Below, piece after piece: positions 53,989-64,000 of a DNA stretch of 64,000 nt. The notes below the pieces were generated by a model. It was not told the DNA's origin, did no database searches, and saw only the letters and a program-made list of their open reading frames with translations. This stretch comes from Escherichia coli. Lineage in GTDB: Bacteria; Pseudomonadota; Gammaproteobacteria; Enterobacterales; Enterobacteriaceae. The first letter of the stretch is position 1. Every line of letters begins with the position of its first letter. The stretch is from NCBI RefSeq assembly GCF_003790525.1, contig NZ_CP033635.1; one strand, written 5' to 3'. A program made the translations under genes and the position numbers.

Positions 53989-54333
53989 ATGACTATCGTT
54001 CGTATCGATGCTGAAGCCCGCTGGTCTGATGTGGTGATCCACAACAACACGCTATACTACACTGGTGTACCGGAAAACCTCGACGCCGATGCTTTTGAGC
54101 AAACCGCCAACACGCTGGCGCAGATTGACGCCGTGCTGGAAAAACAGGGCAGCAATAAATCGAGCATTCTGGATGCCACCATTTTCCTGGCTGATAAAAA
54201 CGACTTCGCGGCGATGAATAAAGCGTGGGATGCCTGGGTTGTCGCTGGTCATGCGCCGGTGCGCTGCACGGTACAAGCGGGTTTGATGAACCCGAAGTAT
54301 AAAGTTGAAATTAAGATTGTGGCTGCAGTGTAA
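53989..54333 (+). CDS. yoaB: RidA/YjgF-family protein
   Basis: 114 aa from MTIVRIDAEARW. Confidence 0.82.
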   Translation: MTIVRIDAEARWSDVVIHNNTLYYTGVPENLDADAFEQTANTLAQIDAVLEKQGSNKSSILDATIFLADKNDFAAMNKAWDAWVVAGHAPVRCTVQAGLMNPKYKVEIKIVAAV

Positions 54334-54754
54334 GCTTTATCGAAGCATAATAAGTCAGACGATAATTTATCGATAATACTGGTCGGTTTTGCATAAATCG
54401 ACCAGAGATTAAGTTATTACTGTTGATGCTCCTGCTAATTCATTATTTATTTTTATAATTTCAATTTCATCTATAAAACTGGCTATATAAATAAACATAA
54501 CCATGCCGTTGTGTTCGCCCTCTGATTAGCAACTCTGGTTTTCTTTCTTAGCTGAACAATCTGGTTATAGCGTGAGAACTGACCGTTAATTTTCTCCCTC
54601 TTACTGGATAACACACCATGAGCTGCTACCTTTAAAACACCTGAATGTCAACAGGTTAACTCGTGCCATATCGTTATAATCCCTTTGATATTAGATGCAA
54701 ATTAAGGTCATATATAGCCTTATCGATAACATGGTTAATTTTAAGGATAAGAAT

Positions 54755-55054
54755 ATGCCTGCTGTAATAGATAAAGCCCTGGATTTCATTGGTGCCATGG
54801 ATGTATCAGCACCAACACCAAGTTCGATGAATGAAAGCACGGCGAAGGGAATCTTTAAATATTTGAAAGAACTGGGAGTACCCGCGAGTGCCGCTGATAT
54901 TACGGCGCGAGCTGACCAGGAAGGCTGGAACCCGGGGTTCACGGAAAAAATGGTTGGATGGGCAAAAAAAATGGAGTCTGGTGAACGCATTGTGATTAAA
55001 AATCCTGAATACTTTTCAACATATATGCAGGAAGAACTAAAAGCACTGGTCTAA
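54755..55054 (+). CDS. yoaC: DUF1889 family protein
   Basis: 99 aa from MPAVIDKALDFIG. Confidence 0.8.
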   Translation: MPAVIDKALDFIGAMDVSAPTPSSMNESTAKGIFKYLKELGVPASAADITARADQEGWNPGFTEKMVGWAKKMESGERIVIKNPEYFSTYMQEELKALV

Positions 55055-55083
55055 GTTAAATTTACATCAGCATAAATGGGTCA

Positions 55084-55119
55084 GGACGCTTTTAATCACA
55101 TATGAAAAGCGTCCTTTTT
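55084..55119. terminator. bidirectional terminator between convergent yoaC and yoaH
   Basis: 10-bp stem AGGACGCTTT / AAAGCGTCCT with 12-nt loop, followed by a T run. Confidence 0.7.
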
Positions 55120-55173
55120 CTCACAATCAAATAATCATCGGCTTCTATAACGAAAGCGATACGGGTTAGTGTG

Positions 55174-55353
55174 TTACTCGTCTTCATCCTCAAAACGCGC
55201 CACGATTCGCTCGCCGGAATGGTTGGCACGCAGCTCTTCTGCCATCAACGCGATTGCCTGGCCGCTGCTCATCCCTTGAGCCATCAGTTCCTGGATCCGC
55301 TCGACAGCTTTTTGCTGCTGTTCATGGGTGAGTGAAGGTAAACCTGCAAACAT
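55174..55353 (-). CDS. yoaH: UPF0181 small protein (59 aa)
   Basis: Hand translation [59 protein letters not shown]; below ORF-track cutoff. Confidence 0.7.
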
Positions 55354-55426
55354 TGTTAACTCCTGCTAAATTGTTGGCGCTAATTATTTCATGCTACCCG
55401 GCACATAGCCAGTAGAGTCAGGACTG

Positions 55427-56788
55427 ATGAAGACGTTATCTCCCGCTGTGATTACTTTACCCTGGCGTCAGGACGCCGCTGAATTTTATTTCTCACGCTT
55501 AAGCCACCTGCCGTGGGCGATGCTTTTACACTCCGGCTATGCCGATCATCCGTATAGCCGCTTTGATATTGTGGTCGCCGAGCCAATTTGCACTTTAACT
55601 ACTTTCGGTAAAGAAACCGTTATTAGTGAAAGCGATAAACGTACAACGACCACTGATGACCCGCTACAGGTGCTCCAGCAGGTGCTGGATCGCGCAGACA
55701 TTCACCCAACGCATAACGAAGATTTGCCATTTCAGGGCGGCGCGCTGGGGTTGTTTGGCTACGATCTGGGCCGCCGTTTTGAGTCACTGCCAGAAATTGC
55801 GCAGCAAGATATCGTTCTGCCGGATATGGCAGTGGGTATCTACGACTGGGCGCTGGTTGTTGACCACCAGCGTCAAACAGTTTCTTTGCTGAGTCATAAT
55901 GATGTCAATGCTCGTCGGGCCTGGCTGGAAAGCCAGCAATTCTCGCCGCAGGAAGATTTCACGCTCACTTCCGACTGGCAATCCAATATGACCCGCGAAC
56001 TGTACGGCGAAAAATTTCGCCAGGTACAGGAATATCTGCACAGCGGTGATTGCTATCAGGTGAATCTCGCCCAGCGTTTTCATGCGACCTATTCTGGCGA
56101 TGAATGGCAGGCATTCCTTCAGCTTAATCAGGCCAACCGCGCGCCGTTTAGCGCTTTTTTACGCCTTGAACAAGGCACGATTTTAAGCCTTTCGCCAGAG
56201 CGGTTTATCCTTTGTGATAACAGTGAAATCCAGACCCGCCCGATTAAAGGCACGCTACCACGCCTGCCCGATCCTCAGGAAGATAGCAAACAAGCAGAGA
56301 AACTGGCGAACTCAGCGAAAGATCGTGCCGAAAATCTGATGATTGTCGATTTAATGCGTAATGATATCGGTCGTGTTGCCGTAGCAGGTTCGGTAAAAGT
56401 ACCAGAGCTGTTCGTGGTGGAACCCTTCCCTGCCGTGCATCATCTGGTCAGCACCATAACGGCGCAACTACCAGAACAGTTACACGCCAGCGATCTGCTG
56501 CGCGCGGCTTTTCCTGGTGGCTCAATAACTGGGGCTCCGAAAGTACGGGCTATGGAAATTATCGACGAACTGGAACCGCAGCGACGCAATGCCTGGTGCG
56601 GCAGCATTGGCTATTTGAGCTTTTGCGGCAACATGGACACCAGCATTACTATCCGCACGCTGACTGCCATTAACGGACAAATTTACTGCTCTGCGGGGGG
56701 TGGAATTGTCGCCGATAGCCAGGAAGAAGCGGAATATCAGGAAACTTTTGATAAAGTTAATAAGATATTACGCCAACTGGAGAAGTAA
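55427..56788 (+). CDS. pabB: aminodeoxychorismate synthase component I
   Basis: 453 aa; chorismate-binding enzyme family. Confidence 0.92.
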   Translation: MKTLSPAVITLPWRQDAAEFYFSRLSHLPWAMLLHSGYADHPYSRFDIVVAEPICTLTTFGKETVISESDKRTTTTDDPLQVLQQVLDRADIHPTHNEDLPFQGGALGLFGYDLGRRFESLPEIAQQDIVLPDMAVGIYDWALVVDHQRQTVSLLSHNDVNARRAWLESQQFSPQEDFTLTSDWQSNMTRELYGEKFRQVQEYLHSGDCYQVNLAQRFHATYSGDEWQAFLQLNQANRAPFSAFLRLEQGTILSLSPERFILCDNSEIQTRPIKGTLPRLPDPQEDSKQAEKLANSAKDRAENLMIVDLMRNDIGRVAVAGSVKVPELFVVEPFPAVHHLVSTITAQLPEQLHASDLLRAAFPGGSITGAPKVRAMEIIDELEPQRRNAWCGSIGYLSFCGNMDTSITIRTLTAINGQIYCSAGGGIVADSQEEAEYQETFDKVNKILRQLEK

Positions 56789-56791
56789 GAC

Positions 56792-57370
56792 GTGGAATAC
56801 CGTAGCCTGACGCTTGATGATTTTTTATCGCGCTTTCAACTTTTGCGCCCGCAAATTAACCGGGAAACCCTAAATCATCGTCAGGCTGCCGTGTTAATCC
56901 CCATCGTCCGTCGACCGCAACCGGGGTTGTTGCTGACTCAGCGTTCGATTCATCTGCGCAAACACGCTGGACAAGTGGCATTCCCTGGAGGCGCAGTCGA
57001 TGACACGGACGCATCCGTTATCGCCGCTGCGCTGCGCGAAGCTGAAGAAGAGGTCGCTATACCGCCTTCCACCGTTGAAGTTATCGGCGTGCTGCCGCCC
57101 GTCGATAGCGTCACTGGCTACCAGGTAACCCCAGTGGTCGGCATTATCCCGCCCGATCTGCCGTATCGCGCCAGTGAAGATGAAGTCTCGGCGGTGTTTG
57201 AAATGCCGCTCGCCCAGGCATTACATCTGGGTCGTTATCATCCTTTAGATATCTACCGCCGTGGCGATTCACATCGGGTATGGCTGTCCTGGTACGAACA
57301 GTATTTTGTATGGGGAATGACCGCAGGCATAATTCGTGAACTGGCGCTGCAAATTGGTGTGAAACCCTGA
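56792..57370 (+). CDS. nudL: Nudix CoA pyrophosphatase
   Basis: 192 aa; Nudix box [25 protein letters not shown]; start 4 nt after pabB stop. Confidence 0.88.
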   Translation: MEYRSLTLDDFLSRFQLLRPQINRETLNHRQAAVLIPIVRRPQPGLLLTQRSIHLRKHAGQVAFPGGAVDDTDASVIAAALREAEEEVAIPPSTVEVIGVLPPVDSVTGYQVTPVVGIIPPDLPYRASEDEVSAVFEMPLAQALHLGRYHPLDIYRRGDSHRVWLSWYEQYFVWGMTAGIIRELALQIGVKP

Positions 57371-57553
57371 CTATACTTATCTTTACATCTACAAAACACT
57401 ACTTGAGACAATCATCGCAATATTAGTTAAATCGCGGTTTTTGATTAGTTTAATTCATGTGAATAGTTAAGCCAGTCGCCGCGTTCCCTCTTACACTATG
57501 CGCTGTTATTAGTTCGTTACTGGAAGTCCAGTCACCTTGTCAGGAGTATTATC

Positions 57554-58918
57554 GTGATTAGTCTATTCGACATGTTTAAGGTGGGGATTGGTCCCTCATC
57601 TTCCCATACCGTAGGGCCTATGAAGGCGGGTAAACAGTTCGTCGATGACCTGGTCGAAAAAGGCTTACTGGATAGCGTTACTCGCGTTGCCGTGGACGTT
57701 TATGGTTCACTGTCGCTGACGGGTAAAGGCCACCACACCGATATCGCCATTATTATGGGTCTTGCAGGTAACGAACCTGCCACCGTGGATATCGACAGTA
57801 TTCCCGGTTTTATTCGCGACGTAGAAGAGCGCGAACGTCTGCTGCTGGCACAGGGACGGCATGAAGTGGATTTCCCGCGCGACAACGGGATGCGTTTTCA
57901 TAACGGTAACCTGCCGCTGCATGAAAACGGTATGCAAATCCACGCCTATAACGGCGATGAAGTCGTCTACAGCAAAACTTATTATTCCATCGGCGGCGGT
58001 TTTATCGTCGATGAAGAACACTTTGGTCAGGATGCCGCCAACGAAGTGAGCGTGCCGTATCCGTTCAAATCTGCCACCGAACTGCTCGCGTACTGCAATG
58101 AAACCGGCTATTCGCTGTCTGGTCTCGCTATGCAGAATGAACTGGCGCTGCACAGCAAGAAAGAGATCGACGAGTATTTCGCGCATGTCTGGCAAACCAT
58201 GCAGGCATGTATCGATCGCGGGATGAACACCGAAGGCGTACTGCCAGGCCCGCTGCGCGTGCCGCGTCGTGCGTCTGCCCTGCGCCGGATGCTGGTTTCC
58301 AGCGATAAACTGTCTAACGATCCGATGAATGTCATTGACTGGGTAAACATGTTTGCGCTGGCAGTTAACGAAGAGAACGCCGCCGGTGGTCGCGTGGTAA
58401 CTGCGCCAACCAACGGTGCTTGTGGCATTGTTCCGGCAGTGCTGGCTTACTATGACCACTTTATTGAGTCCGTCAGCCCGGACATCTATACCCGCTACTT
58501 TATGGCAGCGGGTGCGATTGGTGCACTGTATAAAATGAACGCCTCTATTTCCGGTGCGGAAGTCGGTTGCCAGGGCGAAGTGGGTGTTGCCTGTTCAATG
58601 GCTGCTGCGGGCCTTGCCGAGCTGTTGGGCGGTAGCCCGGAACAGGTTTGTGTGGCGGCGGAAATTGGCATGGAGCACAACCTCGGTCTGACCTGCGACC
58701 CGGTTGCAGGGCAGGTTCAGGTGCCGTGCATTGAGCGTAATGCTATTGCCTCTGTGAAGGCGATTAACGCCGCACGGATGGCTCTGCGCCGCACCAGCGC
58801 ACCGCGCGTCTCGCTGGATAAGGTCATCGAAACGATGTACGAAACCGGTAAGGACATGAACGCCAAATACCGCGAAACCTCACGCGGTGGTCTGGCAATC
58901 AAAGTCCAGTGTGACTAA
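57554..58918 (+). CDS. sdaA: L-serine dehydratase 1 (Fe-S dependent)
   Basis: 454 aa starting [23 protein letters not shown]. Confidence 0.93.
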   Translation: MISLFDMFKVGIGPSSSHTVGPMKAGKQFVDDLVEKGLLDSVTRVAVDVYGSLSLTGKGHHTDIAIIMGLAGNEPATVDIDSIPGFIRDVEERERLLLAQGRHEVDFPRDNGMRFHNGNLPLHENGMQIHAYNGDEVVYSKTYYSIGGGFIVDEEHFGQDAANEVSVPYPFKSATELLAYCNETGYSLSGLAMQNELALHSKKEIDEYFAHVWQTMQACIDRGMNTEGVLPGPLRVPRRASALRRMLVSSDKLSNDPMNVIDWVNMFALAVNEENAAGGRVVTAPTNGACGIVPAVLAYYDHFIESVSPDIYTRYFMAAGAIGALYKMNASISGAEVGCQGEVGVACSMAAAGLAELLGGSPEQVCVAAEIGMEHNLGLTCDPVAGQVQVPCIERNAIASVKAINAARMALRRTSAPRVSLDKVIETMYETGKDMNAKYRETSRGGLAIKVQCD

Positions 58919-58929
58919 TACTTCTTACT

Positions 58930-58952
58930 CGCCCATCTGCAACGGATGGGCG
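58930..58952 (+). terminator. hairpin downstream of sdaA (weak terminator candidate)
   Basis: 8-bp stem CGCCCATC / GATGGGCG with 7-nt loop; no clear U run. Confidence 0.4.
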
Positions 58953-59048
58953 AATTTATCCCCGCTTTCTCGTCTGCTGTAATATTCCCCACTACACTTC
59001 CACTGTTGCGTCAGGCGTTTGTCGCCATACGCTTACAGGGTGGCCCGC

Positions 59049-60647
59049 ATGCAAAAAGCACAACGGATCATTAAAACCTATCGCCGTAATCGAATGATTG
59101 TTTGTACGATTTGCGCCCTCGTTACGCTCGCTTCGACCCTGAGCGTGCGATTTATTTCACAGCGTAACTTAAATCAACAACGGGTAGTACAATTCGCCAA
59201 TCACGCTGTAGAGGAATTAGATAAAGTACTGCTTCCCCTACAGGCAGGTAGCGAAGTCTTGCTTCCGCTGATTGGTCTGCCCTGCTCTGTCGCCCATTTG
59301 CCATTACGTAAACAGGCGGCAAAACTCCAAACTGTGCGATCCATTGGCCTGGTGCAAGACGGCACACTTTATTGCTCCAGCATTTTTGGTTATCGCAATG
59401 TGCCCGTCGTGGACATTCTGGCTGAACTTCCTGCACCGCAACCACTTTTACGCCTGACGATCGACCGTGCCCTGATTAAAGGCAGTCCGGTTTTGATTCA
59501 GTGGACGCCAGCAGCGGGCAGTAGCAAAGCTGGGGTCATGGAGATGATTAACATCGACTTACTGGCGGCAATGCTGCTTGAGCCACAACTGCCGCAAATC
59601 AGTAGCGCCAGCCTGACGGTGGACGATCGGCATTTGCTCTATGGTAATGGGCTGGTAGATTCCCTTCCGCAACCTGAAAACAATGAAAACTACCAGGTTT
59701 CTTCGCAACGCTTTCCTTTTACCATTAACGTTAATGGTCCGGGGGCTACGGCGCTGGCATGGCACTATCTTCCAACACAATTACCGCTGGCGGTGCTGCT
59801 AAGTTTACTGGTGGGCTACATCGCCTGGCTGGCGACCGCTTACCGGATGAGCTTTTCCCGCGAAATCAATCTGGGCCTGGCGCAACATGAGTTCGAATTG
59901 TTCTGTCAGCCTTTGCTTAATGCGCGCAGCCAGCAATGTATTGGTGTAGAGATTTTGCTTCGCTGGAACAATCCGCGTCAGGGCTGGATTTCACCGGATG
60001 TGTTTATTCCTATCGCGGAAGAACATCATTTAATTGTGCCACTGACCCGCTATGTGATGGCAGAAACCATTCGTCAGCGCCATGTTTTCCCGATGAGTAG
60101 TCAGTTTCATGTTGGCATTAACGTCGCACCCAGCCATTTTCGCCGTGGTGTGCTGATAAAAGATCTCAATCAGTACTGGTTTAGCGCTCACCCGATTCAG
60201 CAACTGATCCTCGAAATCACCGAACGCGATGCCTTACTGGATGTTGATTATCGGATTGCCCGCGAGCTACATCGTAAAAACGTCAAACTGGCGATTGATG
60301 ACTTCGGCACCGGCAACAGTTCATTTTCCTGGCTTGAAACATTACGTCCTGACGTGCTGAAAATTGATAAGTCATTTACCGCAGCTATAGGTTCTGACGC
60401 GGTTAACTCGACGGTGACCGATATCATCATCGCTCTGGGGCAAAGACTGAATATTGAACTGGTGGCGGAGGGTGTGGAAACACAAGAACAGGCGAAGTAT
60501 TTGCGCCGTCATGGGGTGCATATTTTGCAAGGGTATTTGTACGCACAGCCGATGCCGCTACGTGATTTTCCCAAATGGCTGGCGGGCAGCCAACCGCCGC
60601 CCGCCCGGCATAATGGACATATCACGCCCGTTATGCCGTTACGTTAA
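59049..60647 (+). CDS. pdeD: c-di-GMP phosphodiesterase (membrane sensor domain plus EAL domain)
   Basis: 532 aa from MQKAQRIIKTYRRN; EAL-domain motifs (EIL variant, DDFGTG) (K-12 yoaD). Confidence 0.88.
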   Translation: MQKAQRIIKTYRRNRMIVCTICALVTLASTLSVRFISQRNLNQQRVVQFANHAVEELDKVLLPLQAGSEVLLPLIGLPCSVAHLPLRKQAAKLQTVRSIGLVQDGTLYCSSIFGYRNVPVVDILAELPAPQPLLRLTIDRALIKGSPVLIQWTPAAGSSKAGVMEMINIDLLAAMLLEPQLPQISSASLTVDDRHLLYGNGLVDSLPQPENNENYQVSSQRFPFTINVNGPGATALAWHYLPTQLPLAVLLSLLVGYIAWLATAYRMSFSREINLGLAQHEFELFCQPLLNARSQQCIGVEILLRWNNPRQGWISPDVFIPIAEEHHLIVPLTRYVMAETIRQRHVFPMSSQFHVGINVAPSHFRRGVLIKDLNQYWFSAHPIQQLILEITERDALLDVDYRIARELHRKNVKLAIDDFGTGNSSFSWLETLRPDVLKIDKSFTAAIGSDAVNSTVTDIIIALGQRLNIELVAEGVETQEQAKYLRRHGVHILQGYLYAQPMPLRDFPKWLAGSQPPPARHNGHITPVMPLR

Positions 60648-60650
60648 CAC

Positions 60651-62207
60651 TTACTCATCTTCATCGTGCGCCGGTTGCTCTTTAACAATGCGAACCAGAT
60701 CAACACGATAATCATTGGCTTCAATGATGGTGATATGCAGTGGCCCTACATCAATCACATCGCCCACACGGGGAATGTGACCATTTGCCGAGATCACGAG
60801 GCCCGCGACCGTCGCGATATCATCGTCATCGGCAAGGTGCTCAACATCAAGCGCCTGCTGCAAGGCATGCAAATCTGTACCGCCTTTTACCAGCCAGCCG
60901 TCACCGTCGGTAATGATTTCCGGCGTTTCGTCAGCGTCCGGGAATTCACCCGCAATGGCTTCCAGCACATCCAGCGGCGTGACCAGACCTTGTACCACAC
61001 CAAACTCGTTGGTCACGATAACAAAGCTCCCGCGAGCACGACGCAGTACGCCCAGCAGGTTGATCGGATCGAGGGTTTCCGGGACGATAATCGCCGGAGA
61101 CGCCGAAGCAATCGCCGCCACATCAACGCCCTCTTCCAGCGCCACCAGCAGTTCTTTAGCACGTACGATACCGATGATTTCATCCAGTTCACCGCGACAT
61201 ACCGGGAACAGACTGTGCGGTGAAGAGAGCAGTTGCTCGCGGATTTCATCGACCCCGAGATTAGCGTCAACCCAGCTTATTTCACCGCGCGGCGTCATGA
61301 TCCCGCGCAGAGAACGCGACGCCAGCGTCAGTACGCCGTTAATCATGTAACGTTCTTCTTCGGCAAATGCACCTTCCGGGATCGGCATCGGCATCGGGTT
61401 ATCGGCATCGTGCTGGACATTGGCCTGACGTTTCCCGCCCATCAAACGCAGGATGGCATCGGCAGTACGCGCTCGCAGCGGCAAAGTCGACTGGTGACGA
61501 ATAAAGTTGCGACGCGCAATTTGGTTAAACACTTCGATGATGATCGAGAAGCCAATCGCGGCATACAGGTAACCTTTCGGAATGTGGAAACCGAAACCTT
61601 CTGCCACCAGACTCAGACCTATCATTAACAGGAAGCTCAGACAGAGCACCACCACCGTTGGATGCTGGTTAACAAATCGCGTCAGCGGTTTCGATGCCAG
61701 CAGCATAACCGCCATCGCAATCACTACCGCCGCCATCATCACTGGCAGATGGTTAACCATCCCTACTGCCGTAATTACCGCATCCAACGAGAAGACGGCG
61801 TCAAGGATGACGATCTGTGTGACGACCACCCAGAAACTGGCGTAGCCTTTACCGTGGCCGGAATCATGATCGCGGTTTTCCAGCCGTTCATGCAGTTCGG
61901 TTGTTGCTTTGAACAGCAAGAATATCCCCCCGAACAACATAATCAGGTCGCGTCCGGAGAAGGAGAAATCCATGACGGTAAATAGCGGTTTGGTCAGCGT
62001 GACCATCCATGAAATCAGCGACAGCAGCCCCAGACGCATAATCAGCGCCAGTGATAATCCCAGCAAACGCGCTTTATCGCGTTGTTTTGGCGGCAGTTTG
62101 TCAGCAAGAATGGCGATGAAGACCAGGTTATCGATACCCAGCACAATTTCGAGAACAACAAGCGTGAGTAGCCCCGCCCAAATCGAGGGGTCCATTAAGA
62201 ATTCCAT
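60651..62207 (-). CDS. yoaE: TerC-family membrane protein with CBS pair and CorC domains
   Basis: 518 aa; N-terminal TerC helices, C-terminal CBS/CorC region. Confidence 0.9.
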
Positions 62208-62399
62208 GACAAGCTCCTGCTTAAGGAATAGCTATTCGACGCCAGAAATAATGCAGGCGTAACGACAAAATGCAAACGAAAGGTGCGGCATAAAGTGCCA
62301 GAAAGGCAGGCGTTAAAAGGCCTGATGCTGAAATGACGTCGGTGACGATCCATACTGCGGGCTACTGCCCTATACTCCATGGTTGTTAAACAGGAGTTA

Positions 62400-62669
62400 A
62401 ACATATCAGAGACACATCTGATTTGGCAAAGATTTACCTTCCTTTGCAAACGAATGTGACAAGGATATTTTACCTTTCGAAATTTCTGCTAATCGAAAGT
62501 TAAATTACGGATCTTCATCACATAAAATAATTTTTTCGATATCTAAAATAAATCGCGAAACGCAGGGGTTTTTGGTTGTAGCCCTTATCTGAATCGATTC
62601 GATTGTGGACGACGATTCAAAAATACATCTGGCACGTTGAGGTGTTAACGATAATAAAGGAGGTAGCAA
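62400..62669 (+). promoter_or_regulatory. manXYZ promoter/operator region (candidate CRP and Mlc-type sites)
   Basis: TGTGA half-site at 62455; inverted repeats ATCAGA-N6-TCTGAT (62405-62422) and CTTTCGA-N12-TCGAAAG (62474-62499); AAGGAGG Shine-Dalgarno before the GTG start. Confidence 0.5.
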
Positions 62670-63641
62670 GTGACCATTGCTATTGTTATAGGCACACATG
62701 GTTGGGCTGCAGAGCAGTTGCTTAAAACCGCAGAAATGCTGTTAGGCGAGCAGGAAAACGTCGGCTGGATCGATTTCGTTCCAGGTGAAAATGCCGAAAC
62801 GCTGATTGAAAAGTACAACGCTCAGTTGGCAAAACTCGACACCACTAAAGGCGTGCTGTTTCTCGTTGATACATGGGGAGGCAGCCCATTCAATGCTGCC
62901 AGCCGCATTGTCGTCGACAAAGAGCATTATGAAGTCATTGCAGGCGTTAACATTCCAATGCTCGTGGAAACGTTAATGGCCCGTGATGATGACCCAAGCT
63001 TTGATGAACTGGTTGCGCTGGCAGTAGAAACAGGCCGTGAAGGCGTGAAAGCTCTGAAAGCCAAACCGGTTGAAAAAGCCGCGCCAGCACCCGCTGCCGC
63101 AGCACCAAAAGCGGCTCCAACTCCGGCAAAACCAATGGGACCAAACGACTACATGGTTATTGGCCTTGCGCGTATCGACGACCGTCTGATTCACGGTCAG
63201 GTCGCCACCCGCTGGACCAAAGAAACCAATGTCTCCCGTATTATTGTTGTTAGTGATGAAGTGGCTGCGGATACCGTTCGTAAGACACTGCTCACCCAGG
63301 TTGCACCTCCGGGCGTAACAGCACACGTAGTTGATGTTGCCAAAATGATTCGCGTCTACAACAACCCGAAATATGCTGGCGAACGCGTAATGCTGTTATT
63401 TACCAACCCAACAGATGTAGAGCGTCTCGTTGAAGGCGGCGTGAAAATCACCTCTGTTAACGTCGGTGGTATGGCATTCCGTCAGGGTAAAACCCAGGTG
63501 AATAACGCGGTTTCGGTTGATGAAAAAGATATCGAGGCGTTCAAGAAACTGAATGCGCGCGGTATTGAGCTGGAAGTCCGTAAGGTTTCCACCGATCCGA
63601 AACTGAAAATGATGGATCTGATCAGCAAAATCGATAAGTAA
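62670..63641 (+). CDS. manX: PTS mannose-specific EIIAB component
   Basis: 323 aa; GTG start; Ala/Pro-rich interdomain linker. Confidence 0.93.
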   Translation: MTIAIVIGTHGWAAEQLLKTAEMLLGEQENVGWIDFVPGENAETLIEKYNAQLAKLDTTKGVLFLVDTWGGSPFNAASRIVVDKEHYEVIAGVNIPMLVETLMARDDDPSFDELVALAVETGREGVKALKAKPVEKAAPAPAAAAPKAAPTPAKPMGPNDYMVIGLARIDDRLIHGQVATRWTKETNVSRIIVVSDEVAADTVRKTLLTQVAPPGVTAHVVDVAKMIRVYNNPKYAGERVMLLFTNPTDVERLVEGGVKITSVNVGGMAFRQGKTQVNNAVSVDEKDIEAFKKLNARGIELEVRKVSTDPKLKMMDLISKIDK

Positions 63642-63703
63642 CGTATTGTGTTGATTATCACTCAGTTTTCACACTTAAGTCTTACGTAAACAGGAGAAGT
63701 ACA

Positions 63704-64000
63704 ATGGAGATTACCACTCTTCAAATTGTGCTGGTATTTATCGTAGCCTGTATCGCAGGTATGGGATCAATCCTCGATGAATTTCAGTTTCACCGTCCGC
63801 TAATCGCGTGTACCCTGGTGGGTATCGTTCTTGGGGATATGAAAACCGGTATTATTATCGGTGGTACGCTGGAAATGATCGCGCTGGGCTGGATGAACAT
63901 CGGTGCTGCAGTTGCGCCTGACGCCGCTCTGGCTTCCATCATTTCTACTATTCTGGTTATCGCAGGTCATCAGAGCATTGGTGCAGGTATCGCACTGGCA
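63704..64000 (+). CDS. manY: PTS mannose-specific EIIC component, 5' portion (continues past window end)
   Basis: ATG at 63704 with GGAG upstream; hydrophobic MEITTLQIVLVFIVACIAG. Confidence 0.88.
   Translation, partial: MEITTLQIVLVFIVACIAGMGSILDEFQFHRPLIACTLVGIVLGDMKTGIIIGGTLEMIALGWMNIGAAVAPDAALASIISTILVIAGHQSIGAGIALA

Overview
This 64-kb window reads as an uninterrupted stretch of Escherichia coli-type core chromosome, running ynjC-gdhA-topB-selD-sppA-ansA-pncA, the ydj operon, gapA, yeaG/yeaH, a run of yea/yoa genes, dmlR/dmlA, yeaVWX, rnd, fadD, tsaB, yoaA, pabB, sdaA, pdeD, yoaE and manXY. I place 66 protein-coding genes in dense, conserved synteny. I found no rRNA, tRNA, CRISPR array, insertion sequence, integrase or prophage-like block. 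Gene calls rest on the supplied six-frame ORFs, on start-codon and Shine-Dalgarno inspection, and on motifs visible in the translations (Walker A, Nudix box, Rieske, GGDEF/EAL, lipoboxes). Gene names and reference protein lengths come from my recollection of E. coli K-12 and were not checked by any search. I do not see evidence of a novel, undescribed system here. The least understood content is the cryptic ydj catabolic operon, yeaG-yeaH, yeaV-yeaW-yeaX and three small membrane-protein genes below the ORF-track size cutoff (yoaI, yoaK, yoaJ). Non-coding signals worth a second look are a sigma-54 -24/-12 element before yeaG, two FadR-type operators before fadD, a hairpin plus U8 element between fadD and the UUG-initiated rnd, a perfect 16-bp-stem hairpin between yeaX and rnd, and a duplicated 10-bp palindrome in the AT-rich yoaB-yoaC spacer. 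The gdhA-topB junction is only 76 bp and carries a REP-like palindrome; my recollection is that K-12 has an extra gene (ynjI) there.
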